Assembly: GCF_009914755.1 (NCBI RefSeq)
Contig: NC_060938.1
Source of the DNA: the human T2T-CHM13v2.0 reference genome, Homo sapiens
Length of the DNA stretch: 64,000 bases
Direction: 5' to 3' (one strand)
Under the pieces are notes generated by a model. It searched no databases. It saw only the letters and a program-made list of their open reading frames with translations, and was not told the DNA's origin. Positions 1 through 13,739 of this stretch are shown one piece after another (position 1 is the stretch's first letter; each line of letters begins with the position of its first letter). The translations under genes and the position numbers were made by a program.

Positions 1-1285
<1,285 letters not shown>

Positions 1286-1417
1286 AAACATAACAATACT
1301 TTTCTTGAGAAATAAATCTGTAAAATGGCAAAAAAAAAAAATTCAGTCATATAGAAAGCATCAGCGATGTCTTTTTTCTATACAACTCGTAAATAGGAAG
1401 ATGTATGTGCTCTGATA

Positions 1418-1590
1418 GGAGCTCTTTATCTGGGGTCCAGGGACATCTGGGGACTTCAGGAGGTCCTGAAATACTGTAAAACTATATCAAAAAAATTATG
1501 TGTATGTGCATATTACTGTAGATATGGTCCATAACTTAAATTGCACACTCAACAAGGAATCCATGTCCCCCAAAAGTTCAAGAACCAGAA
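1418..1590. mobile_element. Degenerate hAT-Charlie-like non-autonomous DNA transposon
   Basis: Ends resemble Charlie/MER termini (TCTGGGGTCCA...; CCCCAAAAGTTCAAGAACCA). Confidence 0.45.
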
Positions 1591-3068
1591 CTCGATAGCA
1601 CGCAGTAATTGCTAAAAGAACTATTAGAGCTGGATGGAACTTCAGAGATTCTCTCATTCAAAATATCAGAAACATGAAGTATTCACTTGTGGATTAGGAA
1701 ATAGAGGTACAATCAATCATATTCATACTAAATATGTTCTCAGGCAAGAACATCAAAGTGTGGCAGCACATGGTTTGGTTAACATAAAGCTAATTTAAAG
1801 AAGAAATTCAAAATGGTAATGACTGATAGAGTGGTATTTCTAAAGAGGTGTGTAGAGTTTTCCCTTTTGAAAAGTTTTTTTACAGAAAATCTGAGGTTTT
1901 ATTTACTGTATGTGAGTTCCTGGTTAAAGGGAAGAGACAATGTGGCACTGTAGCCCTCAAATGCTCCTACTTCTTCTCTTTCCTGGTCTATAGTAACTCC
2001 AATAAATGAAATTCACAAGTCTATCCAAGGGCAAGGCAACATATGATTTTGTATATAAAGTTCACATTTTGCATTTAAATGGTGTGTTTACTTTTTTAGC
2101 CTTGTCAACTGGAAGTAATGGAGGACTTCAGATCCTGTAACTTGTTTTAAGATGAACATAACATAAAGTCTCATTATTTGGGATGCAAGTATTTTATATT
2201 TTGTGATCATTTGGACAAAGCCCAGATTGGCATTTATCTTCGTAGTCTCAAAAATGGGTTCGATAAATATATTTAGAGTAGAGAAACAAGATTGAGGAAG
2301 AATGCTTAACTTACCAGTCCCTGTTGCAAGCATTAATCTGTGTATCAAACACTAGTGGTTAATACGCTGTCTAGCAAAGACATTTATTCCTTGGACCAGG
2401 GCTAAACAAAACATTGTTAGCTAATTGCTTATGGAATTATACTTACTTTAAATAATTCAACCACATTTTTAAAAAGAAGCATTATTTAGCTAAAAATTCA
2501 CATAGCTATGCTGGGCTTTTGGGCTGACTGGTTTTATTATTAATCATCATAAAAATCAGATGATCACAGTCTCTTAGATGAACCCAAGAAATAATATACC
2601 AGAAACTATCTGACTACTCATTCTTGAATACAATATTCATAAAGCCACTTGCAGTAAAATTCTAACTTGTTCCCGCATTAAGTAAAAATGTTATCAATTT
2701 ATAAAACCTGATGTTTAAACAAGTGAATGATAGTGTTTTTAAAAAAGAGAAATTTAATTCCTTCCTTTTTTTTAATGCCTCCAATGTTTTAGTCTTTAAG
2801 ATTGAATGTTAGTCAATGTCTCCGAGTCAAAAGGACTGACAATTTCATCCCAATGTTGCTGTTTTCCCCTTTATTCTTTAGAAATGGGCTCAACCTCAGC
2901 TCAGTTGGAATGTCCACTAGGCTGATAAAGATCTCAATTCACCTATGTAGAAAAACATACATTTTATTCAGTTCCTTTTGTATTCCTTTATTTCCTAAAA
3001 TGCTTGATTCTTATATAGAATTCTTTCTTTATATCATTTCCTTGTCTACGTACATTTTTGGTACGTAC

Positions 3069-3647
3069 ATTTCAGGACCTCCTGAAGTCCCCAGATGTCC
3101 CTGGACCCCAGATAAAGAGCTCCTATCAGAGCACATACATCTTCCTATTTACGAGTTGTACAGAAAAAAGACATCGCTGATGCTTTCTATATGACTGAAT
3201 TTTTTTTTTTTTTTTGCCATTTTACAGATTTATTTCTCAAGAAAAGTATTGTTATGTTTCCTTTTTAAAATATACTTTAAGTTCTGGGGTACATGTGCAA
3301 AACATGCAGGTTTGTTACATAGCTATACATGTGCCATGGCAGTTTGCTGCACCCATCAACCCGTCATTTACATTACGTATTTCTCTAATGCTATCCCTCC
3401 CCTAGCCTCCCACACCTCAACAGGTCCCAGTGTGAGATGTTCCCCTCCCTGTGTCCATGTGTTCTCATTGTTAAACTCCCACTTATGAGTGAAAACATGA
3501 GGTGTTTGGTTTTCTGTTCTTGTGTTAGTTTGCTGAGAATGATGGTTTCCAGCTTCATCCATGTCCCTGCAAATGACATGAACTCATCCTTTTTTATGGC
3601 TGCTTAGTATTCCATGGTGTATATGTGCCACATTTTCTTTATCCAGC
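3069..3647 (-). repeat. Right arm of the inverted repeat: inverted copy of the L1 3' end plus its ~190-bp downstream flank
   Basis: Direct alignment; ORF pairs 966..1154(+)/3391..3579(-) and 983..1177(+)/3368..3562(-) give identical peptides. Confidence 0.97.
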
Positions 3648-4778
3648 TAAATAAATTGCTGAAATGTTAGCAAAGTCAAAGACACGAAACCTCTTAAACA
3701 CAATAATAAGAGTTTGGGCTCCAGATAAACTACCTGATATGTAAATAAGTCAAATCAAAGCAACTTTAAAAAAAATTTTCTCTTTTAGGGACTGAAAAAT
3801 TTCCCTAAAGTGATTTTCATTTCAAAACTGCCAATTGTATACGTAGAAATCATAATTAGGCAACAGGTCATTTCAGCTGTATCTCATGGATTTCCCCTGA
3901 GAATGAACAGTGATGATAACAGCACAAGAAGCATAAAAACAGTCACATGGAGAAGGGCAAGTGCCCAGGAAAACAGCATTTACCATCGGATACAGGTGAT
4001 TTTTGTTCAGAGACATGGTCGGAGCTAAGGGCACCACTCTTGCAGAACATTTCTTCATCTTTTGAAATTATTTGTCTTGTTCTCAGTGCTTCCTCTGACT
4101 TTGTTTTGAGTCTCCTGTTCTGTAGCACACACTCTGCTATGGCTAGTGTCTAGCTGCTGTTCTGAAAATGTTACTGAAAGCTACAAGGACTGGTTTACTG
4201 TCTCCCTGGGAAACCATTTGCCCCACATTCAAACAATGTTTGACCTCCACTAAAAATTTTTTTTAAAAAATCAATTGTTAGGCACAGTGGGAAACTATGA
4301 GAAATGAAAGGAGAAATAAACACTGTTTTCCACTTAAACTGCAGGAGAGTTGTTGGACTGAAGCATTGCCTTTCTAAAGAAATATATAAATGTAAATGTG
4401 ACTAAGGCACAGAATTTCCATGGTGCAACCAGAAGGAAGAACATACAATATCTTCCAGAAAAATATGGAGTTCAGTGCACAAATCACATAAGAAGACTGT
4501 GATGTCATGGTATACATTGATTTTGATGAAGGATGATTTAGTTGTGCCATATAGAAACTTCAAGATTAAAATGTGCCCATAAATAGAAAAGAAACTGTTT
4601 TCTCATGGAATGGTCACAGAAATTATCACTATATATGCATCAATTTATTCAAGATCAATACACATAGATCTGTATAGTTGCTAGATACATGGGCACATAA
4701 GACAGGAACACAGGAAGCAGGGACAGAGCTCAGGAACATGAATGAGAAATTACAACTGCATGACTGTAGACGAGAAGT

Positions 4779-7346
4779 GGGAGTGGAGGATCGGCAGCCG
4801 GAGATGCAGACAGTTTGCTGAGACTGCTAGTGCTCTAGGCTGAGACTCACACCACCACCATGTCCTGCTACCAGTATCGCTGAACACATCTCTCTTCTTC
4901 AGGAATGTGGCCGATGACACCAGGTATGAAGATTTACAGTGTGAACTTGGTCATTATGGTCCTATAGTTGATGTGTATGTTCCGCTTGATTTCTACATTC
5001 GCTGTCCAAGAGGATTTGCTTATATTCAATTTGAGGATGTTTGTGATGCTGAAGATGCTTACATAATTTGGACAGAAAGTGGATTTGTGGATGGCAGATT
5101 AAAATACAGTTTGCCTAGGGGGATCAGAAGACACTAAATCAGATGAAAGCCAAGGAAGGGAAGAATGTGTACAGTTCTTCATGCTATGATGATGATGACA
5201 GATACAGACATTCTAGAAGCCAAAGTTGTAAAAGAAGGAGATCAAGAAGGCTGTCTTCTGATTACAACTATAGAAGGTCGTATAGTCCTAGAAACAGTAG
5301 ACCGACTGGAAGACCACACATAGCAGAAGCCATTCCAAATATGATAGATTCAAACACTGAAATTAATCTTTTTCAAAATCTAAATCCAATTCAAGATCAC
5401 GGTCCAAGTCCCAGCCCAAGAGAGAAATGAAGGCTGAATCACATTCTAGGTCTGCATCTCACACCAAAACTAGAGGCACCTCAAAAATAGATTCCAAAAC
5501 ACATTATAAGTCTGGCTCAAGATATGAAAAGGAATTAGGGAAAAAAAGAACCACCTAGATCCAAATCTCAGTCAAAATCACAGTCTATGTTTAGGTCAAA
5601 ATCGGTATCAAGGTCTTGGACTAGTCCTATGCTCAGTGGCCATTGACAGTATAAACCATGATCATTTTTAGGCGTGTGTCATTCACTTATTCATAGTTTG
5701 GTTTACCTAAATTATCAGGAATACAGTGTTGCAATGATGATTAAAAAGACACTTGTTAGTTTTCCCTGTACCAGGCAATGATCATAATCAAAATGATATG
5801 CTGTTGAGAAGCCACTCTTAAGAGTCCAGTTTGTTTAATGTTATGAGCAGCCACCAATTTGTGGTGTCTCTGTATATTTTTGTAAAGATTCTCATTTTTA
5901 TGCTTGAAGTATTTGGTGAAAAGATGTGGTTGACCATAATTTGCAACATTCTTTTATTAAAAATAAACTTTCATATTTGTATTTGGTAGAACCGTTAACC
6001 TAGAAATGTAGCTTGTTAATAAGAATGACACAAAAATGAAGTCATAGCTACAGTACAACACTGACTGCTCAGACACATTTAGGTTCAGGGCAGGCCTTTA
6101 TGTCTTGTCAAGGTGTCTTGTCATGATAATTATTTATGATGAAGTGTGGATTCGTTTTTTTGTTAACCCCACTGTCTTAGGGAATTATGCCAACTGGGTT
6201 ACACAGTATTTTCAGGGAGACTGAGTTTTTGACTGAAACATGGAGGCTTCACTGCTTTTTTCTGGTTCCTATGAAGATTTGGAAAATAGAAAACATCACA
6301 AAAACTCACCTTAAAATGGCAAAAATAATTTTAAAGGGAAAATAATGTTCTTATATAGTTATTATAAAGTTTAAGGGGCATTGTTGATCATAATGTTGCT
6401 TAGTTTTCTTACAGCTGTTGGAAGCAAACTTTGTGTGTGCGTGCATAGTGTAAAAGAACTGAAATTTTGATGCTTACAGCACTTGGCCTGTGCATTTGTA
6501 TCAAAATTTGCCTGCCTCGTTATGAGGGAGGTTTGCTTTTCAGGCCTCAGTTTATTTAATATGAGGCAAGTTGAAAGACAACATTCATTCTAGGTGATTT
6601 TGTGGTACCAAGAAATTTAAAGTAATTTTGGAAAAAGGATTAGTCAGTTTTAAGCAAGAGTCAGATCTTCTGAGTTTTTGATTATCAGTGTAGTACCTGA
6701 CTAAAAATGAAGAAGTAATATCCTTAACCATTTATAATTTCTAGTATTTCTCTGAAAGATCGTTTTGGGGACAAAAGTGACTTGACATGTCCAATCTCAA
6801 ATCTTTATAAAAAGCCAAAAATTAAAAAAAGTCTCGGATTGCTTGCTTACAGATATAAGTAAGAATTATCACAAAGAAACGATTCCTTTTAGAGGATTAC
6901 TTTTTTCAATTTTGGTTTTAGTAATCTAGGCTTTGCCTACAAAGAACAAAACAATGGTTCTGAAATACTGTTTGTGGAATGTGTTTAAAGGATTGATTCT
7001 AGAACCTTTGTATATTTGATAGTATTTCTAACTTTCATTTCTTTACTGTTTGCAGTTAGTGTTCATGTTCTGCTATGCAGTCATTTATATGCAGGTTTAA
7101 TTTTTTTTTTTAGATTTTCCTGGACATATAGTTTAAACAACAAAAAGTCTATTTAAAACTGTAGCAGTAGTTTGCAGTTCTAGCAAAGAGGAAAGTTGTG
7201 GGGTTAAATTTTGCATTTTCTTTCTTATAGAAGCCTCTGAAATGGTATTTTTGAATGTCTGGATCAAAACAGGACCCAGCTTATTTTATGCTTGTGTAAA
7301 TCAAGCAAACATGTTATAATAAAAACAAAATGAAGGAAAAAAAAGA
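4779..7346 (+). pseudogene. Processed pseudogene of SRSF10 (long RS-domain isoform); disabled CDS 4860-5646 and ~1.7-kb 3'UTR
   Basis: ORF 4907 (ADDTRYEDL..YGPIVDVYVPLDFY..PRGFAYIQFEDV) is the SRSF10 RRM; ORF 5143 (MKAKEGKNVYSSS..YNYRRSYSPRNSRPTGRP) follows; CDS ends ...WTSP..SGH TGA at 5644-5646; no introns; several frameshifts; AATAAA 7318-7323, A-tail, TSD GTAGAYGAGRAGT at 4766-4778 and 7347-7359. Confidence 0.96.
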
Positions 7347-7430
7347 GTAGATGAGGAGTCACAGGGAGAGCTCACAGGAGGTAAAGAAAGACAGGCCTTC
7401 AAGGATCTCTGAAGAATAGAATACTAACTT

Positions 7431-8445
7431 CTTAAAAAATAGACTGTATTTCTTAGAGCAGTTTTAGGTTCATAGCAAAATTAAGAAGGTTCAGATATTT
7501 CCCATATAATTCCTGCCCCCACACATCCATAGCCTCCCCCATTATCAACATTCCCCACCACAGTGGCACATTGGTTACAACTGATGAACCTACATGAACA
7601 CTGCATTATCACCCAAAGTCCATAGTTTACATTAGGGTTCACTCTTGGTGTCATACCTTCTATGGGTTTTTTGTTTTTGTTTTTTTGACATGCCCAGGCT
7701 GGAGTGCAGTGGTGGGATCTTGGCTCACTGCAACGTCCAACTATGGGTTTTTGACAAATTTATAACGATATGTATCCACCATTGGAGTATCATACAGAGT
7801 ACTTTCACTTCCCTAAAAATCCTCTGTGCTTTGCCTCCCTCCCTATCCATCCCTCCCTCCCTTCAATCTATGACAACCACTCATCTTTTCACTGTCTCAA
7901 TAACTTTGCCTTTTCCAGAATGTCATATCATTGGACTCATGCAGTATATAGACTTCTCAGATTGGCTTTTTTCACTTAGTAATGTGCATTTAAGTTTCCT
8001 CTATGTCATTTCATAATCTGATAGCTCATTTAACACTCAATAATATTCCAATGTCCGCATGTACCACAGTTTATTTATCCATTTACCTACTAGAGGATAT
8101 CTCGATTGCATCTAAGTCTGGGCAATTACAAAGAAAGCTGCTCTAAATATTCATGTGCAGGATTTTTTGCAGACATAAGTTTTCAACTCCTTTGAATGAA
8201 CACCAAGGAGTGAGATTACTGGATTTTACAGTAAGAGTATATTTAGCTTTGTAGGAAACTGTCAAATTATCTTCCAAAGGTGCTATACCATTTTGCATTT
8301 CCACTACAATAATTAAGAATTCCTGTTGCTCCACATGCTCTCCAGCATTTGATGTTGTCAGTGTTCTGATTTTGGCCAATCTAATAGATAAGTAATGGTA
8401 TCTCATTGCTGTAATTGGTATTTCCCTGATGACAGGTGATGTGAA
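7431..8445 (-). mobile_element. L1MC1/2-like 3' end, 5'-truncated
   Basis: TTAGAGCAGTTTTAGGTTCATAGCAAAATT 3'UTR signature; ORF 8143..8406(-) MRYHYLSIRLAKI is ORF2 C-terminal; TSD AGAATACTAACTT at 7418 and 8446. Confidence 0.85.
7672..7740 (-). mobile_element. Very short 5'-truncated Alu (3' end of right arm)
   Basis: GCCCAGGCTGGAGTGCAGTGGTGGGATCTTGGCTCACTGCAAC after a T-tract; TSD CTATGGGTTTTT at 7660-7671 and 7741-7752. Confidence 0.9.
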
Positions 8446-8458
8446 AGAATACTAACTT

Positions 8459-8863
8459 TTAAAAAACTTTTTATTTTTAAATAATTTTAGACTCACATAA
8501 AAGTTGCACAACTTGTACAGACACTTCCCATGTACCCTTCACCCAGCATTTTACCACACACATAGATTTGTGTAACCACCACCATAGTAAGATATAGAAC
8601 AGTTTCATCACCCCCAAACTCTCTCACGCTTTCCCTTTTTAGTCTCCCTCCTCTATCCCAGCCCTTGGCAACTACCTGTCTATTCTCCATCACTATATGT
8701 CATTTTGAAACCATTATAGAAATTAAACCATGTAGTATATAACATTTTGAGGCTGGCTTTCTTCACTCAGCATAATGCCCTCAGATGTATACAAGTTGTG
8801 TGTATCAATTGTTATTTCTTTTTATTGCGGAGTGGTATTCCATAGTATGAATCTACCATGGAC
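8459..8863 (-). mobile_element. Old L1M (L1MC/MD/ME-like) 3' end
   Basis: AAATAATTTTAGACTCACATAAAAGTTGCA and CTGGCTTTCTTCACTCAGCATAATG motifs; flanked by TSD copies at 8446 and 8864. Confidence 0.8.
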
Positions 8864-9064
8864 AGAATGCTAACTTTAAAGGACTAAGAGCAGGAAAGGA
8901 GCCCACATATGAGAATGAGAAAGATGGAGCCAGAAAAGGGGATGTAGGAGAGTTAGAATCCAGAAGTAGAGGAAGGTAGTGCTTCAAGCAGAATGATATG
9001 CTCAGCTGTGTTAAAGCTGTAAAATGAGATAAGGACCAAGAATTTAGCAGCAACAACCACAACC

Positions 9065-10605
9065 AGCAATGTGCTGAGCACCCACCATGTGCTAGGAATG
9101 TGCTAGGCTCTGGGATAAAACGGGAAGCAAAGCCAGACATGTTCTTTCATGGCGTCTAAAGAGTCAGGTGAAACTGATCACCTATCTCATTAATAAAATG
9201 TAAGTTGTGATAAGTGCGGTTGAAGGCAAGGGAATGGTGCTATGAAGATGTATAACAGAAGGATGTGGCCTTATCTAGAGTACATTCTCTCCTTCCTTCC
9301 TTTATTCTTTCATTCACTGTACCAAATTTGGATGTCTACTATGTGCCAGCTCTGTGTTCAGTCATGTAAACACATTTGGGCAAGATTCTTATCTTCATGG
9401 TGCTTCAGAGTGTGGGAGTGACGTTTGAACTGAAAGATATGAATGACAAGAAGGAGTGAAGTGGGTGGAGTATGGCAGGTGGCAGCAGCACCATTCATTG
9501 GAAAAACAGAAAACTCCAGTGTGGCTGGAATGCAGTGAGTGAGCGAGGAATTCACAGGTGAGATAAACCTGTAAAGGCAGGCAGGGGCCAGATACTGCCT
9601 CAGGCCATGGGATGAGATTTGGATTTTTTTTCCCCTAAGTATAATTCAAAGCTATTGCATGGTTTTAAGCAAGAAAGTCTGCTGATTTTGTTTGTTGTTT
9701 AAAAAGATCACTGTGGTAACTGTGTGGAGAACGGACTAGGATGGAGGAGAGAGTTCAGGTGAAAGGTGATAGTGACTTCACCTAGAATGGTGAAGTGGAG
9801 ATGAAGACAAGTAGCTAGGGCTGAAACAATTTTGGAGACAGACCTAACAAGCCTTGGTGATGGATTATCCAATCCAAGTCAGGAAAGGGATAGAGGTAGA
9901 AGATGAGTGATCAAAAGTGTTAAGAAAACCCCCTTGGCCGGTTGCGGCTCATGCCTGTAACCCCAGGAGGCTGAGGCAGGAGGATCACTTGAGGCCAGGA
10001 GTTCAAGACAAACCTGGGCATCATAGTGAAACTCTGTACCTACCAAAAAGAAATTGGTAAGGTGTGATGGCATGCACCTATAGTCCTAGCTACTTGGGAA
10101 GCTGAGGCAGGAGGATTGCTTGAGCTCAGAAGTTTGAGGCTGCAGTGAGTTATGATCATGCCATTGCACTATAGCCTGGGTGACAAAGCAAGACTCTTAC
10201 TCAAAAAAAAAAAAAAAAAACCCAAATATCTGGCTTTTGCAACTGGGTGGATGTTGTCCTTTACTGAACAATGTAGGAGACAAACAACTGCGAGAGAGAG
10301 GAGTACTCACTGAAGTGCGGAGAGGGGTCGGAGGGAGACTAAGCGGCTGATTTCAGATGTGTTAAGTTTCAGAAATATATGACATCCAAGTGGGGATGTC
10401 AAAAAGGCCATTAGACTGTGCAGTCTGTTGCTCAGAAGATAACACTGGGCTAGAGAAATATGGGAATAGTCAGCTGAGAGATGTTTAATTGTCACAGGTT
10501 TGAGTGAGATCAGCTAACACACAGCACTACAGGAGGAACCAGCACTGAGCTCCAAGGCCACCAACATTTAGATTTGAGGTTGAGATGAAGCCAGTAAAGG
10601 AGACA
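9065..10605 (-). mobile_element. L2 fragments (two 3' ends plus body), interrupted by an AluJ
   Basis: TTCATTCA..CTACTATGTGCCAG; TTTAAAAAGATCACTGTGG..TGTGTGGAGAA; GACATCCAAGTGGGGATGTC. Confidence 0.8.
9936..10220 (+). mobile_element. AluJ
   Basis: Dimeric Alu with J-type GGAGGATCACTTGAGGCCAGGAG and GAGGCTGCAGTGAG, A-tail 10203-10220. Confidence 0.93.
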
Positions 10606-11665
10606 GATGCTTAATTAATAAGCATCTGCAAAACTAAAATTCAGGAAGGCCTCAAGAATGGCAGCTTAATATGTCAAACTTGAAATGCCATAAGAAATTA
10701 TTTTCCAGGAATTACAAATGTATTCTTGGAAGCTAATGAGCTGTTTTGATTTCTGAGAACAGATTTAAATAAGTTTGAGAAATTGCATCAAACAATTTAT
10801 GCCAGTGTATGTAATTACGCCAACACATATGGCACCTAAAAACCACTCACTACTTCAACAGCATGTGAAAATGTTAGCAAAGCAAGAGAAATGGAGCCTT
10901 AACTCATAACTTCCTGGCTACACCAGGTGAAAGTTAAAACAGCTTTTACTTCCATGTAGGGTCTTATTGTTGATTTGCTGGAGTAGGTTTTGTATGCTGT
11001 TAATAGGTGGCTTCAGGAAAATTATCCAGAGCTGCCACAGCAAACCAATGTTTGCTTCACAATCTCCAAATTAGACAATGGAGACATTAAGACAGCAGGA
11101 GAACCAGTAGGAGTTAGGCACAGTTTAATTCTCTGCAGAAACCCAACCAAGCTTAAACACTGGGCGCTGACTCCTCCAGGTGGAAATAGGAACAGCCCGA
11201 TGGGAACTGTTTTCAGTACGTTGGATTTGATTACTAAACATGTAGACCTTACTAACATGCTTTGAAAACTTATGTTCTACTCTATATTGCAGAGGTTGCA
11301 CTGAAAATACCATGCACGGTAGCTCTACTGCTTGTGGGGTTTATAACACATTTGCAGCACACTTGTAGACTGCTTTAACAGCCAATAAAGAATGCTCATA
11401 TACCCCACTCCATGTTATTCTTCCATTAATTAGTGAGGCAGTTACTATTATCTTTACTTAACAGGTGAGAAAAGCAAAGCTGAAAAAGCTTGATAAAAGC
11501 AATATGTCATATGAACAACAGCTTTCCAAATAGATATTCTAATGATTGCTTTATTCCAGAATTATGTATTAAACACTTGCTATGGGTCAGGGATTGTGCT
11601 AAAATTTGGAAATATAAAAATAAGTTAGATGACGATTTCTGCTTGCAGTCTACTGATATTTTTGG

Positions 11666-11791
11666 TGGGTTTACCAGATAAAATCCCATGCTCTCTGCCA
11701 GATAGACTTAGACTTAAAATTATTTGCTGTTCATTTGATTCAAATTTAACTGAGCATACTAGTTTTCTATTTGCAAAATCTGGCAACCCTA
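11666..11791. mobile_element. MER53-like hAT MITE, internally deleted
   Basis: GGGTTTACCAGATAAAAT...TTCAAATTTAACTGAGC...AAATCTGGCAACCCTA. Confidence 0.75.
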
Positions 11792-12034
11792 TACATTATT
11801 AGAGACTTTTTAATGAACCACCTAGGCCAACAGAGCCCTCTTTGTTATTTTTACATTATAAAAAGTGACTCCAAATGCTTTATTTTCCAGAAAAATTACA
11901 TCTGCCAACAAAATGCAAGCCACAGACTAGTGTTTATTAACCACAGCAGAACCAGTTACAAGGTTCTAGTCAAGGAGTGCTTCATCCCTGAATGAATCTT
12001 ACGTAAAAGTGGTTTTTAGTTTATACAAAGAAGC

Positions 12035-12165
12035 TTTGCATACGTTATGTCATTGGACCTCAGAGCAATTGATCTTAATTCCAATTTATAGATGAGGAAA
12101 CCAAGGCTTAGAGTGGCCAAGTGACTTTCTTGGGAGTGAAAAATAAATCCTGGGACTCTGAAACA
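12035..12165 (-). mobile_element. MIR
   Basis: TTTATAGATGAGGAAACCAAGGCTTAGAG core. Confidence 0.75.
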
Positions 12166-12727
12166 AGTCACCAAACCCATCAACCTGTAGAAAAAAGTGT
12201 CTCTTTTTCTATAGGATGCTGGATGCTGATGACAATAATAACAGCTGAAGTAGAATCTTACAATTGAACTCCTCCTCCTTCAGTTTTGCATTGTGGAGAA
12301 CAACACAATCAGTGTCTTGTCCCTCAGATCCTAAAGTCAGAAAGTGTCTCCTAACCCCATCTGTAAGAGACCTTTCTGGAGGAAGCTGTTGCCATGCTGA
12401 AGCGCCCAGCTCCCTGGCCCTGTGGTGGCGAAGGGAAGTGCTTCTCTCTGCAGTCTTACACGTTTTATAAAGAAACACATGCAAATGTCCAAATACATAA
12501 AATGGGATCCTCTCCGAGGATGGTTTAGCTAGGACTGCTGTACTAGAAGCAGGCTCAATCTTCCAGGCTAACTGAAGGAGGTACTAAAAGTTGCCTCTAA
12601 AAGGAATTACCACCATTGGACTGTACCATTTTACATATTCTAAATTACTGTTTTAATATAATGTAATACAAACATTATTACAAACAATTCCTGAGGAGAC
12701 TAGGGCATGAAGCTACCTGATTTCATA

Positions 12728-13604
12728 TGAGAACTGAAAATAAAATCCTAATCCCCTCAGCTGACTGAATGAACCCCTCTTGGCAAAAGGGACCCCAAAG
12801 AGACATTAAAAACTGAGTCTTGGCCATGATGGGATGGGAGGTCAGACACACTTCTTTAGACCCCGTCCCTTTTGCAGCTAGACACCACTGACCAGCATTA
12901 ATGTTAAAATAAAGATCATAAGACTGATGGAATGCACTCTTTGTGATAATAACAAATTATAAACGAGACCTACGGTCATACCAGGCAGGAGTTAAGCCAC
13001 CCTCCTCTACATAAGAATAAACTATGTCCTAACCACCACAAGGTTTCTCTTTCTCTAGCAGCTAAATAAGCCTTGGCCTCCAGGTAAGCGATATTGAAAC
13101 AATTGCAGCTCATCCACTAGCAGACTCTGAGTAACTGACACCCTTGTTCCACAAGCAATAGCTACAGCTTTGATTGGTTAGGACTGATTTCAGTAACTTT
13201 CTCCTGATAAGAGACCACTGACCACAGACTGGTTCTGGCTGGTTTACAGAGGCTGCACACTGAGTGCCTTTATGTCTCTGTGTCACCTTCTGGTGTATAG
13301 GGCCTAATTGTAATGCATTTAAAAGTCTCAGCCCCAGAGTGAACATGGGTTGTGTGTAACATGTATGTTTGTTCAGCACACGTGTTAGGGGCCCCTTCGT
13401 GAATATTCATAGCTCTTCTTGTAAGCTGTTGAATACATAAATTTAGCCAATCCACTGAGCATAAATCTCCTCTGCAACCCTTACTCCTTGGAAATGCCTG
13501 CTTCCAGTTTCAGCCAGAGGCTCACTTTCCAAACTGCAGGGTGAACCCTTTAAAGAAATAAAGTCTCCTTTCAAATTTATAATTGTGTGATTTTTCAGTC
13601 GACA
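12728..13604 (+). mobile_element. Solo ERV1 LTR, MER4 family (MER4B/D/E-like)
   Basis: TG...CA ends; AAAATAAAATCCTAA..GGCCATGATGGGA..CTGACCAGCATTAA; AATAAA near 13557. Confidence 0.85.
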
Positions 13605-13739
13605 TGTGTTTTATAGAACCAAATGGGACTAAAACAAGAATTAGCCCTTCTGATACAAGGAAGGCTACTACAGGAAAGGCAGGTGGGTGGCGGGAACAGA
13701 TGTTACTCTTATGTGTCCCAAACCCCTTCCTCTGGATGA

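Larger units (their letters stand above)
4260..9050 (-). mobile_element. Ancient L2 split into pieces (~4260-4778, 7347-7430, 8864-9050) by later insertions
   Basis: Joined pieces give L2-like GATGAG..CACAGGGAGAG..AACTTTAAAGGACTAAGAGCAGGAAAGGAGCCC..GAGAAAGATGGAGCCAGA. Confidence 0.6.

Noticed and set aside
3069-3647. L1 3' transduction as the origin of the inverted copy
   Set aside because: No polyA after the flank, no TSD, and near identity to an old, disabled L1.
4907-5430. Functional SRSF10 retrogene
   Set aside because: Frameshifts near 4875, 5060 and 5318 and a stop soon after the ATG disrupt the RRM and RS domain.
4779-7346. Assigning a numbered pseudogene symbol or chromosome
   Set aside because: Several SRSF10 pseudogenes exist and I recognise no neighbouring gene to anchor the locus.
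3662-10882. Shared 14-mer AAATGTTAGCAAAG at 3662 and 10869
   Set aside because: Several such matches are expected by chance in 64 kb of AT-rich DNA; flanking similarity is weak.
11160-11190. CTCF-like CCTCCAGGTGGAA
   Set aside because: Lacks the GGC core; weak motif match only.
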